Assembly: GCA_049515535.1 (NCBI GenBank)
Contig: JBEKTZ010000015.1
Location: forward strand, 62,001-93,711
Direction of reading: 5' to 3'
DNA from: Candidatus Aminicenantales bacterium
GTDB taxonomy: Bacteria; Acidobacteriota; Aminicenantia; Aminicenantales; UBA4085
Length of the DNA: 31,711 nucleotides
Positions 8,337 to 16,332 of the stretch are shown here, piece by piece. The notes below the pieces were generated by a model. That model saw only the letters and a list, made by a program, of their open reading frames with translations, searched no databases and had not been told where the DNA came from. A program made the position numbers and the translations under genes. Position 1 is the first letter of the stretch. Every line of letters begins with the position of its first letter.

Positions 8337-8484
8337 TGCTCCGAAGACGCGTACCTTTTTCGGGGCCCCTCCTGGCTAAAGGAGGGGAAGGGGAGGTGAT
8401 ATCAATAAGAAGATGTGTTATCCGCGTCTTCGGAATAAAATGTGCTCCGAAGACGCGTACCTTTTTCGGGGCCCCTCCTGGCTA
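8337..8484. repeat. MITE/REP-like unit with inverted repeats, plus a tandem partial copy
   Basis: Identical 42-bp direct repeats at 8337-8378 and 8443-8484. 12-bp inverted repeat TCCGAAGACGCG (8340-8351) / CGCGTCTTCGGA (8423-8434). Internal hairpin CCCCTCCT-GGCTAA-AGGAGGGG. Confidence 0.85.
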
Positions 8485-8507
8485 CCCAATTTTTTTCTCC
8501 TCGCAAT

Positions 8508-8536
8508 TTGACACGTCCCCCAAAAGCATATATAAT
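8508..8536 (+). promoter_or_regulatory. Perfect-consensus sigma70 promoter
   Basis: TTGACA (8508-8513)-N17-TATAAT (8531-8536), followed by an AAGGAGG RBS and ATG 8563. Confidence 0.85.
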
Positions 8537-8562
8537 TTTTTCAAACTGAAAGGAGGTCCAAA

Positions 8563-9171
8563 ATGGATTTTAATGTCTTGATTTCCAGGATCCAGGGGAT
8601 TTTTTTGAAACCTCAAGACGAATGGAAAAAAATCAAGGGAGAGCCGACGACGATCAACAAGCTCTATCTGTCATACATCGTCATCCTTTCCGCCATCCCG
8701 GCGATCGCGGGTTTTATCGGGAGCGCTCTGATGGGAAGCCGGATTCCCTATCTGGGCGCATCGTTGATCGGCAAGTTTTTGATCGGCTGGATTCTATCTT
8801 ATATTTTGGGGTTGGCCGCCGTTTATGGCGCGGCCATGATCATTACCATGCTCGCTCCATCGTTCAACTCCAAGCCGGACATGGTGATGTCTTTGAAGCT
8901 CGTGGCCTACGGCATGACCCCCTACTGGGTCGCCGGAATCCTTCATATCATCCCTATTTACGGTCTCTGGACCATCGGCTGGCTGATCGGGCTATATAGC
9001 TTCTATATTTTGTATCTTGGATTTGCCTCCCCGCTCCTCGATACCCCCAATGATAAAACCGTGCCTTTCATGGTCATCAGCTGCATCGCCATTCTCGTCA
9101 TTATCGGCTTGCTGAGCTGGATTCCGATGGCGCTCGTGGGATTGGGAGGAGTGGGTTTCTTCAGGTTTTAG
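8563..9171 (+). CDS. Yip1-family (DUF1282-like) membrane protein
   Basis: IFLKPQDEWKKIKGE, LAPSFNS, LKLVAYGMTPYWVAGIL, LYSFYILYLG. About five hydrophobic helices. Confidence 0.85.
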   Translation: MDFNVLISRIQGIFLKPQDEWKKIKGEPTTINKLYLSYIVILSAIPAIAGFIGSALMGSRIPYLGASLIGKFLIGWILSYILGLAAVYGAAMIITMLAPSFNSKPDMVMSLKLVAYGMTPYWVAGILHIIPIYGLWTIGWLIGLYSFYILYLGFASPLLDTPNDKTVPFMVISCIAILVIIGLLSWIPMALVGLGGVGFFRF

Positions 9172-9186
9172 CTATTTTTTGATACG

Positions 9187-9288
9187 TTCGACGGCGCCAA
9201 ACCCCGATTTTTAAATCGGGGTAAAAAGCGCCGCTCAGTATTAACCCTGAGCGTACCCCGGGCTTCAGCCCGGGGAGTCGAATGGGTT
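9187..9288. repeat. Nested palindromic (REP-doublet-like) element overlapping the pyrF 3' end
   Basis: TTCGAC-[hairpin ACCCCGATTT-TT-AAATCGGGGT]-GCTCAG ... CTGAGC-[hairpin CCCCGGGC-TTCA-GCCCGGGG]-GTCGAA. The outer hexamers are mutual reverse complements. Confidence 0.7.
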
Positions 9289-10002
9289 GATTTCTTCCCA
9301 GACTCGGAGAAACGCTTCCTGCGGCGAAGGGGCCTGGGTGATGGGTCTGCCCACGACCAAATAGTCCGAACCCTTGGCGATCGCCTGCGCGGGCGTCATG
9401 ATCCGCTTCTGGTCCTGCGCGGTCGCCCAGGCGGGGCGGATCCCCGGCGTCACGATCAGGAATTCCGGGCCGGCGTCCTTCCGGACGATCTCGATTTCCT
9501 GGGCGGAACAAACGACCCCGTCCATGCCCGCTTTCTTGGCCAATCCGGCCAGACGTAAGACCTGCGCGGCGGTATCGGCGATCATCCCGATCGATTCCAA
9601 CTCTTCGTTCTTGAGGCTCGTCAGGATGGTCACGCCCAGGAGCAGGGGCTTGGGCGCGCGCCGCTTTTCGGATTCCGAGCGGGCGACGTCAGCGGCCTTG
9701 GCCATCATTTCGAATCCGCCCGAGGCATGAATGGTCATCATGCGGGCTCCGTGGCGTACCCCGATGCGAACGGCCTCGCCCACCGTGTTGGGAATATCGT
9801 GAAGCTTGAGGTCCAGGAATACGTCCTTCCCCATCGCCTTGATGTCCCGGAGAAGTTGCGGCCCTTCCGCCGTGAACAGCTCGAGTCCGATCTTGAAGAT
9901 CCGGGCGTCCTTGAGCTCGCGGACGAGGGCCAATGCCTGTTCCCTGCTTTCGACGTCCAGGGCAACGATGATGCGTTGCCGGTAATCGATGGAATCGGTC
10001 AT
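9265..10002 (-). CDS. pyrF: Orotidine-5'-phosphate decarboxylase
   Basis: IIVALD, FKIGLELF, FLDLKLHDIPNTV, VTPGIRP, DQKR, VVGRPIT. Confidence 0.97.
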   Translation of the reverse strand: MTDSIDYRQRIIVALDVESREQALALVRELKDARIFKIGLELFTAEGPQLLRDIKAMGKDVFLDLKLHDIPNTVGEAVRIGVRHGARMMTIHASGGFEMMAKAADVARSESEKRRAPKPLLLGVTILTSLKNEELESIGMIADTAAQVLRLAGLAKKAGMDGVVCSAQEIEIVRKDAGPEFLIVTPGIRPAWATAQDQKRIMTPAQAIAKGSDYLVVGRPITQAPSPQEAFLRVWEEINPFDSPG

Positions 10003-10017
10003 TTTGACGGCCTCCCG

Positions 10018-10932
10018 CTAGTCCTTTTTCAAGGTTCCGACGAGGTCGGCGATCCTGGCGATGCCTTTGCGCTCGCAGAAATCCTTCATTTCTCCGGCGA
10101 TCCGCGCCGCGGCCCCGGGGTCGATGAAATTCGCCGTCCCGACCTGGACCGCGCGCGCGCCGACGATGAGGTATTCGATCGCGTCCACGCCGCTCATGAT
10201 GCCGCCCATGCCGATGACGGGAATCTTGACCGCGGAAGCGGCCTGGTACGTCATGCGCAGGGCGACGGGTTTGATGGCCGGGCCGCTCAGCCCGCCGAAG
10301 ACATTGGCCAGCTTCGGCCGCCGGGTTTCGGCGTCCACGGCCATGGCCAGGAGCGTATTGACCAAAGAGAGGCCGTCCGCGCCGGCCTCTTCGGCCGCCC
10401 TGGCGATCTCGGCGATGTCGGTAACGTTCGGAGAGAGTTTGGCGATGAGCGGCCGCCGGCTCCCGGCTTTGGCCTGCTTCACCAGCGCGTAGGTCGCATC
10501 CGGATCGAGCGCCGGGCAAAGGCCGTTCTTTTTCACGTTCGGGCAGGAGATGTTGAGCTCATAGGCGTCGATGCCGTCCTGCCGGTCAAGAAATTCGATG
10601 ACCTTGAGATATTCGTCGTCGCTCGCGCCGCAGACATTCACGAAAACCGCGCCGTCGATCTTGCGCAAATCCGGCAGGATGTCCGCGGCGAATTTCTCGA
10701 CGCCGACGCCCTGGAGGCCGATGGCGTTGATCAGCCCGCCGGTCGTTTCGACGAGCCGGGGCGGCGGGTTTCCTTCGCGCGGCCCGTAGTAAAGTCCCTT
10801 GACGACGATGCCGCCGATCTTATCGAGATCCATGAACGGAGCGAATTCAAGTCCGTAGCCGAACGTGCCGCTCGCGGTGAGCACGGGATTCCTGAGCTTG
10901 AGGAAGCCGAGATCAATCGCCAGGTCGGCCAT
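10018..10932 (-). CDS. pyrD: Dihydroorotate dehydrogenase B (NAD+), catalytic subunit
   Basis: LRNPVLTASGTFGYG, GNPPPR, ELNISCPNV, KLSPNVTDI, GGLSGPAIKP. Start is at 10932 or 10935, overlapping the pyrK stop. Confidence 0.96.
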   Translation of the reverse strand: MADLAIDLGFLKLRNPVLTASGTFGYGLEFAPFMDLDKIGGIVVKGLYYGPREGNPPPRLVETTGGLINAIGLQGVGVEKFAADILPDLRKIDGAVFVNVCGASDDEYLKVIEFLDRQDGIDAYELNISCPNVKKNGLCPALDPDATYALVKQAKAGSRRPLIAKLSPNVTDIAEIARAAEEAGADGLSLVNTLLAMAVDAETRRPKLANVFGGLSGPAIKPVALRMTYQAASAVKIPVIGMGGIMSGVDAIEYLIVGARAVQVGTANFIDPGAAARIAGEMKDFCERKGIARIADLVGTLKKD

Positions 10933-11726
10933 CATTCCCCCTCTTCCCAGACGATTTCGTCGGACCAGAACGCCGGGCCGTCTTCGCAGATCTTCCGCCA
11001 TTCTCCGCCGCCGCCCTTTTTGATCCGTTTGACGCAGCCCCAGCAGGCGCCGAACCCGCAGCCCATCATGGACTCGAGCGAGATCCGGGCCGGGATTTGG
11101 CGGCCGGCGGCGATTTCCGCCGCCTTTTTCATCAGCGGGTCCGGCCCGCAGACGAAGAGGATCCCGGGCTTCTCTCTTCGCATTTCGGCTTCGAGCAGCC
11201 CCGTGACGAATCCGGGAAAGCCGAACGACCCATCGTCCGTGGAGCAGGAGATGTCCAGGCCGGACGCTTCGAATTTTGCTTTGACCGGAAGGTCGGCAAG
11301 GCTTTTCCCGCCGTAGAGGACCTTGACCTTGACGCCCGAGTTTTTCAGCTCTCGGCCCAGAAAATAGAGCGGCGCGATTCCCCGGCCCCCGCCGACGAGA
11401 AATGCCGGAGAAGGAATGGGCGCGCCGTCGGGAACGAATTTTTGACCCAGCGGGCCGATGATATCGAGCGATTCGCCTTCCTTTTTCAGGGCGAGCAGGG
11501 CCGTCCCCTGGCCCGCCTCCCGGAAGAAGATATCGAGCGTGTCTTTTTCTCCGGCATGGATACTGATCGGGCGGCGGAGCAGGGGGAACGGAGTCGCGCT
11601 CACCCGGACCATGAGGAACTGTCCGGGCCGCGCTCCTCCCGCGATTTCCGGCGTTTCGAGGCGGAAGAGATGATAATCGCCCCAGCTTTGTTTCTTGATG
11701 ATTTTGGCTACCGAATCGTGAGGCAT
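10932..11726 (-). CDS. pyrK: Dihydroorotate dehydrogenase electron-transfer subunit
   Basis: PGQFLMV, LLRRPISI, GGGRGIAPL, CGPDPLM and the [2Fe-2S] motif MGCGFGACWGC...CEDGP. Confidence 0.95.
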   Translation of the reverse strand: MPHDSVAKIIKKQSWGDYHLFRLETPEIAGGARPGQFLMVRVSATPFPLLRRPISIHAGEKDTLDIFFREAGQGTALLALKKEGESLDIIGPLGQKFVPDGAPIPSPAFLVGGGRGIAPLYFLGRELKNSGVKVKVLYGGKSLADLPVKAKFEASGLDISCSTDDGSFGFPGFVTGLLEAEMRREKPGILFVCGPDPLMKKAAEIAAGRQIPARISLESMMGCGFGACWGCVKRIKKGGGGEWRKICEDGPAFWSDEIVWEEGE

Positions 11727-11745
11727 ACTCGGATCTCTTGTCGAC

Positions 11746-11774
11746 AAAATACCAAAATATCATGAATTTATCAA
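11746..11774 (-). promoter_or_regulatory. Putative sigma70 promoter for pyrK-pyrD-pyrF
   Basis: Minus strand TTGATA-N17-TATTTT with an extended TGn. Confidence 0.5.
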
Positions 11775-11842
11775 TAAAGGACACGGCTGACCGTCGGACA
11801 GTTTCCAAGACGAGGTTTCGAAATGAGTAACGGGGGGATAGA

Positions 11843-11995
11843 AGAACGGGTGACGCTGTCTGGGGTGCCTCATTATTTAGTAAATAGAGTCTAGCCGCAA
11901 AAATGCGTTCACGAGATGCTCCAGGGAAGGGCGGCAGGGAGCGAAGCTCCCGTTGGAGGGAAACCCAAAAAAGGGTTTCCCTCCAAGAGTGTCCG
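11843..11995 (+). repeat. ~150-bp multi-hairpin dispersed repeat, copy 2
   Basis: Direct repeat of 7071-7220. Hairpins GGGAGC-GAA-GCTCCC and TTGGAGGGAAACCC-AAAAAA-GGGTTTCCCTCCAA. Confidence 0.92.
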
Positions 11996-12081
11996 GCATA
12001 CCCCGAGCCTTCTTTTTTGACAATCATCCATTTTTTGGTTAATAATCGATGGGTATTCATAAAGATCTCAAGGAGTCATCC

Positions 12082-13281
12082 ATGGAAATATCGTTCCGAG
12101 GTCGAACGGTTCAGGCTTCCCCGATCCGGAAGCTGAAACCCTACGCGGACAAGGCCCTGGAGCGGGGGATCAAAATCTATCATTTGAACATCGGCGATCC
12201 GGATATCCCGACGCCCAAGCCGATTCTGGACGCTGTCCGGAGCTACGACGAAAAAATCCTCGGCTACGGCCCGGCCCAGGGTTTCCTCGAGCTGAGACAA
12301 GGCATCGCCGGTTATTTCAACGGCTATAAAATTCCCCTGACAGCGGAGAACGTCATCATCACCTGCGGAGGCTCCGAGGCCATCCTTTTCGCCTTCGCCG
12401 CGATCGGCGACCCTGGCGATGAGATCATCATTCCCGAGCCGTTTTACACCAATTACAACGGCTACGCCTCGCTGGCGAGCCTCAAAATCGTACCGCTTAC
12501 GTTAAAGGGCGAAGACGGCTACCGGCTTCCTCCGGCCAAGGAGATCGAATCCAGAATCACCCTCCGGACCAAGGCCATCCTGCTCTGTTCCCCGAACAAC
12601 CCCACGGGCACGGTCTATTCGGCGGAAGAGCTGGATCGCGTCGTCGCGATTTGCCTGAAACACGATCTTTTTCTCATTGGCGACGAGGTCTACAAAGAAT
12701 TCATTTATGACGGCCTCTCGCACAAGAGCCTTCTCGAATACGAACAGGCCAGAGACCGGATCATTGTCGTGGACTCGATCTCCAAGCGTTTCAGTTGTTG
12801 CGGAGCGCGAATCGGCGCCGTCATCACCCGTAACGACGACGTTTATCAGGCCGCTCTCAAATTCGCGCAGGCCCGCCTCTGCCCGCCGTCCATCGAGCAG
12901 AAGGCCGCCATCGCCGCTTACAAGATGGGCATGGGCTATTTTGAGCCGGTTCGCAGGGAGTATGAACGGCGGAGGGACATCCTCCATGCCGGGCTGAACG
13001 CGATTCCCGGCGTCGTCGTCCGCAAGCCCCAGGGCGCTTTTTACATGACTGTCCGTCTTCCGATCAAAGACACCGAACATTTCGCCATCTGGATGCTCAC
13101 CGATTTCGCGCTCGACAAGGAGACCGTGATGGTCGCCCCGGGCCCCGGGTTTTACTCAACGCCCGGCAAAGGCCAGGACGAGATCCGCCTGGCCTATGTC
13201 CTGAAGGAGGAAGACCTGAAGCGCTCCCTCGTCATCTTCAAGGCCGGCCTCGAGAAATATAAGGCTTCGGTCGAGAAATAA
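12082..13281 (+). CDS. Class I/II PLP-dependent aminotransferase (aspartate aminotransferase-like)
   Basis: AAGGAG RBS. SPIRKL, LNIGDPD, GGSEA, EPFYTNY, SPNNPTG, DEVY, DSISKRFSCCGARIG (PLP lysine). A TTGACA at 12017 is a candidate -35. Confidence 0.93.
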   Translation: MEISFRGRTVQASPIRKLKPYADKALERGIKIYHLNIGDPDIPTPKPILDAVRSYDEKILGYGPAQGFLELRQGIAGYFNGYKIPLTAENVIITCGGSEAILFAFAAIGDPGDEIIIPEPFYTNYNGYASLASLKIVPLTLKGEDGYRLPPAKEIESRITLRTKAILLCSPNNPTGTVYSAEELDRVVAICLKHDLFLIGDEVYKEFIYDGLSHKSLLEYEQARDRIIVVDSISKRFSCCGARIGAVITRNDDVYQAALKFAQARLCPPSIEQKAAIAAYKMGMGYFEPVRREYERRRDILHAGLNAIPGVVVRKPQGAFYMTVRLPIKDTEHFAIWMLTDFALDKETVMVAPGPGFYSTPGKGQDEIRLAYVLKEEDLKRSLVIFKAGLEKYKASVEK

Positions 13282-13325
13282 TTTCGGTGACGAATTTCGG
13301 TAATGCGTTGACTGTCACCGAATTT
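13280..13325. repeat. Short imperfect inverted repeat; REP-like remnant or terminator
   Basis: AATTTCGGTGAC...GTCACCGAATTT, with an internal repeat of AATTTCGGT. Confidence 0.45.
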
Positions 13326-13457
13326 CAATCGGCCGGGCTTTGACCTGAACTTTTAACGATTTTTCAAACGCGCGGGTTTCGTCCCCGCTCCTCTTTTCTT
13401 GCGCTTCCGACCGTTTCCGTAGTATATTTTAACGTTTTCATTTTAAGGAGTCGTTTA

Positions 13458-16244
13458 ATGACCAAGAAATGGGTTTATTTTTACGATGAAGTCGCCGCGG
13501 CGGAAAAGTCCGCGGGATCCTGGGAAAACGTCCGCGGCCTGCTGGGCGGCAAAGGCGCTGGCCTTTTCGACATGCGCCGCGCCGGCGTGCCCGTTCCGCC
13601 CAGTTTTACGGTGACGACCGAAGCCTGCAACGCCTATCAAAAAACCGGCAAGTTCCCCGACGGGATGTGGGACGAGATGCTGGCCGCTCTCAAGAAAGTC
13701 GAGGCCGCGGCCGGCCGGAAATTCGGCGACCCCGCCGATCCCTTGCTCGTTTCCTGCCGCTCCGGAGCCAAGTTCTCCATGCCGGGCATGATGGATACCG
13801 TCCTTAACATCGGCCTGACGGATGCCACCGCTGCGGGCCTGGTCAAGCTCACGAACAATCCCCGTTTCGTCTATGACTCGTACCGCCGGCTGGTCGAGAT
13901 GTTCGGCTCCGTGGTGCTCGACATTCCCGACGAGGCTTTCGAAGAGCCGATGAAGGAATACAAGGAAAAGAAGGGCTACAAGCTCGACACGGAGATGACC
14001 GCGGAGGACTGGAAGGCTCTGACCGAAACCTTTAAAACCGCGGTGAAAAAGGCCAAAGGCTTCGATTTCCCGCAAGATCCTTTCAAGCAGCTGGAGCTGG
14101 CGACCGAGGCCGTCTTCAAGTCCTGGAACGGTGCTCGAGCCGTCGTCTATCGCCGTCAGACCGGCATCCCAGACGACCTGGGCACGGCGGTCAACATCGT
14201 CACGATGGTCTTCGGCAACATGGGCGATGATTCGGGCACTGGCGTGGCCTTCACCCGCGACCCGGCGACGGGAGAATCCAAGATGTACGGCGATTACCTT
14301 CTCAACGCCCAGGGCGAGGACGTCGTGGCCGGGATCCGCAACACGAAAAAGATCGCCGACCTGGCCAAGGACATGCCCGCGGTCTTCGCCCAGTTCATGG
14401 ACATCACGGCCAAACTGGAAAAGCATTACCGCGAAATGCAGGACGTGGAATTCACTATCGAGCGCGGCAAACTGTGGATGCTCCAGACCCGCAACGGCAA
14501 ACGCACGGCCAAAGCGGCGGTCAAGATCGCCGTCGACATGGCGAACGACGGCCTGATCGGCAAGGATGAGGCCATTCTCCGCGTCACGCCGGAGCAAGTC
14601 GACACGCTCCTCCACCCGCAGTTCGACGAGAGAGCCAAGGATAAGGCCGAAAATGAGGGCCGCCTCTACGCCAAGGGCGTGAACGCCTCGCCCGGCGCGG
14701 CGGTCGGCCAGGTTTATTTCGATGCGAACACCGCCGAGAAAATGGGCAAAGGCGAGAAAAAAGACGTCATCATGGTCCGTCCCTTCACCAAGCCGGACGA
14801 TGTGCACGGCATGATCGCCTCCAAGGGCATTCTGACCAGCGAGGGCGGCGCGACATCTCATGCGGCCGTCGTCGCCCGTCAGTTCGGCGTCCCGTGCGTG
14901 GTCGGTGCCTCAGCCATCAAGATCGATCTCGACAAGCGGCAGATGACCGCCGAAGACAAGGTCGTGAAAGAAGGCGAGTGGATCTCGGTGGACGGCGCCA
15001 GCGGAAAAGTTTTTCTTGACAAGATCCCGACGGTCATGCCTTCGATCGAAGAGCAGACCGACCTCCTGACCCTGCTGTCCTGGGCCGACGAGGTCTGCGC
15101 CCGGCCCGGCCTCCGGAAGGCGCCCAAGGGGTGGCCGACCGCCGGTCTTCAGGTCTGGGCGAACGCCGATTACCCGAAAGACGCCCGCCGCGCCCGCTCA
15201 TACGGAGCCGTGGGTATCGGGTTGTGCCGCACGGAGCATATGTTCTTCGAGCCGGAACGGCTGCCCATCGTCCAGCGCATGATTCTGGCCGAGTCCGTCG
15301 CGGTCCGGACCAAAGCCCTGGACGAGCTGTTGCCCTTCCAGCGCTCCGATTTCGAAGGGTTGTTCGAGGCCATGGACGGCCATCCGGTCATCATCCGTCT
15401 CATCGATCCTCCTCTCCACGAGTTTCTGCCTTCGGCCGAAGAGCTGCAGGAAAAGATCATCACCCAGCGCCTCCAAACCATGGCGGACTACGTCCTCGGC
15501 AAGGGCGAGAGCAAAGATATCCGGGCGATGGAGAAAGTCCTCCAAGCGGTCGAGGCCCTGCATGAGTCCAACCCGATGATGGGCTTGCGCGGGGTGCGCC
15601 TGAGCATCGTCATGCCCGAGATCGTCGAGATGCAGGTCCGGGCCATTTTCGAAGCCGCCTGCAACGTGACGATGAAGGGAGTCAAGGTCAAGCCCGAAGT
15701 CATGATCCCGCTCACGGGAACGGTCAAAGAACTCGAATGGATCCAGCCGAGGCTCCAGAAGATCGGCGAACAGGTCATGCGGGAAAAGGGCGTCGCGTTC
15801 TCGTACAAGTTCGGAACGATGATCGAGATCCCGAGGGCCGCGCTGACGGCGGCCGAAATCGCCAAGCTGGCCGAGTTCTTCTCCTTTGGGACCAACGACC
15901 TGACCCAGATGACGTTCGGCTACTCGCGGGACGACGCCGAACGCAATTTTCTGGTGACATACATCGAGCAGGGAATCTTGCCCAAGAACCCCTTCCAGAC
16001 GATCGATCGAGACGGCGTCGGACGGCTGATGAGAATGGCCGTCGAAGACGGCCGAAAGACCCGGCCCGACCTCGAAGTGGGCATTTGCGGCGAGCACGGC
16101 GGCGATCCCGATTCCATCGAATGGTGCCATATGATCGGACAACATTACGTCTCCTGCTCTCCCTTCCGCGTGCCGATCGCGAGGCTGGCCGCGGCCCATG
16201 CCGCGTTGAAACACAGCGGTAAGGCCGTCGCGGAGGATAAATAA
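13458..16244 (+). CDS. ppdK: Pyruvate, phosphate dikinase
   Basis: TAAGGAG RBS. LLGGKGA, SMPGMMDTVLN, NAQGEDVVAG, GGATSHAAVVAR (phospho-His), GLCRTEHMFF, FSFGTNDLTQ, GICGEHGG. Confidence 0.98.
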   Translation: MTKKWVYFYDEVAAAEKSAGSWENVRGLLGGKGAGLFDMRRAGVPVPPSFTVTTEACNAYQKTGKFPDGMWDEMLAALKKVEAAAGRKFGDPADPLLVSCRSGAKFSMPGMMDTVLNIGLTDATAAGLVKLTNNPRFVYDSYRRLVEMFGSVVLDIPDEAFEEPMKEYKEKKGYKLDTEMTAEDWKALTETFKTAVKKAKGFDFPQDPFKQLELATEAVFKSWNGARAVVYRRQTGIPDDLGTAVNIVTMVFGNMGDDSGTGVAFTRDPATGESKMYGDYLLNAQGEDVVAGIRNTKKIADLAKDMPAVFAQFMDITAKLEKHYREMQDVEFTIERGKLWMLQTRNGKRTAKAAVKIAVDMANDGLIGKDEAILRVTPEQVDTLLHPQFDERAKDKAENEGRLYAKGVNASPGAAVGQVYFDANTAEKMGKGEKKDVIMVRPFTKPDDVHGMIASKGILTSEGGATSHAAVVARQFGVPCVVGASAIKIDLDKRQMTAEDKVVKEGEWISVDGASGKVFLDKIPTVMPSIEEQTDLLTLLSWADEVCARPGLRKAPKGWPTAGLQVWANADYPKDARRARSYGAVGIGLCRTEHMFFEPERLPIVQRMILAESVAVRTKALDELLPFQRSDFEGLFEAMDGHPVIIRLIDPPLHEFLPSAEELQEKIITQRLQTMADYVLGKGESKDIRAMEKVLQAVEALHESNPMMGLRGVRLSIVMPEIVEMQVRAIFEAACNVTMKGVKVKPEVMIPLTGTVKELEWIQPRLQKIGEQVMREKGVAFSYKFGTMIEIPRAALTAAEIAKLAEFFSFGTNDLTQMTFGYSRDDAERNFLVTYIEQGILPKNPFQTIDRDGVGRLMRMAVEDGRKTRPDLEVGICGEHGGDPDSIEWCHMIGQHYVSCSPFRVPIARLAAAHAALKHSGKAVAEDK

Positions 16245-16332
16245 CTCTCCGCCCATGATCGCCGAGCTGTTGGTTTACGTTTATTTTTGATCGGGGAGAC
16301 GATACCTACCGGCGCCGCGGCCGGTCGTTTTG

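Noticed and set aside
8337..8484. Two identical 42-bp repeats with a 64-bp spacer as a minimal CRISPR array
   Set aside because: There are only two units, the spacer continues the hairpin and contains the inverted repeat of the unit, and no cas gene is present. A MITE-like duplication fits better.
8145..9171. Prophage or genomic island integrated at the tRNA pair
   Set aside because: There is no integrase and no duplicated tRNA 3' end, and housekeeping genes resume within about 1 kb.
10018..12060. 680-aa ORF suggesting a large N-terminally extended PyrD or a PyrK-PyrD fusion
   Set aside because: The extension overlaps pyrK in another frame, runs through the repeat, and is Arg/Pro-rich with no recognisable motifs. 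PyrD similarity starts at 10932-10935, at a typical stop/start overlap.
15100..15560. Extra segments in PPDK (928 aa) as an intein or a repeat insertion
   Set aside because: The additions are short, have no intein splicing motifs, and I saw no match to the repeat families in this window.
13455..16256. Long antisense ORFs opposite ppdK; similar ones lie opposite mltG, pyrD, the S9 peptidase and the DAO-family gene
   Set aside because: These are shadow ORFs expected from high GC codon bias. They show no recognisable motifs.
16304..16330. ACCGGC-N6-GCCGGT followed by CGTTTT between ppdK and the SGNH gene
   Set aside because: It is probably an ordinary intrinsic terminator, and the support is too weak to list it as a feature.
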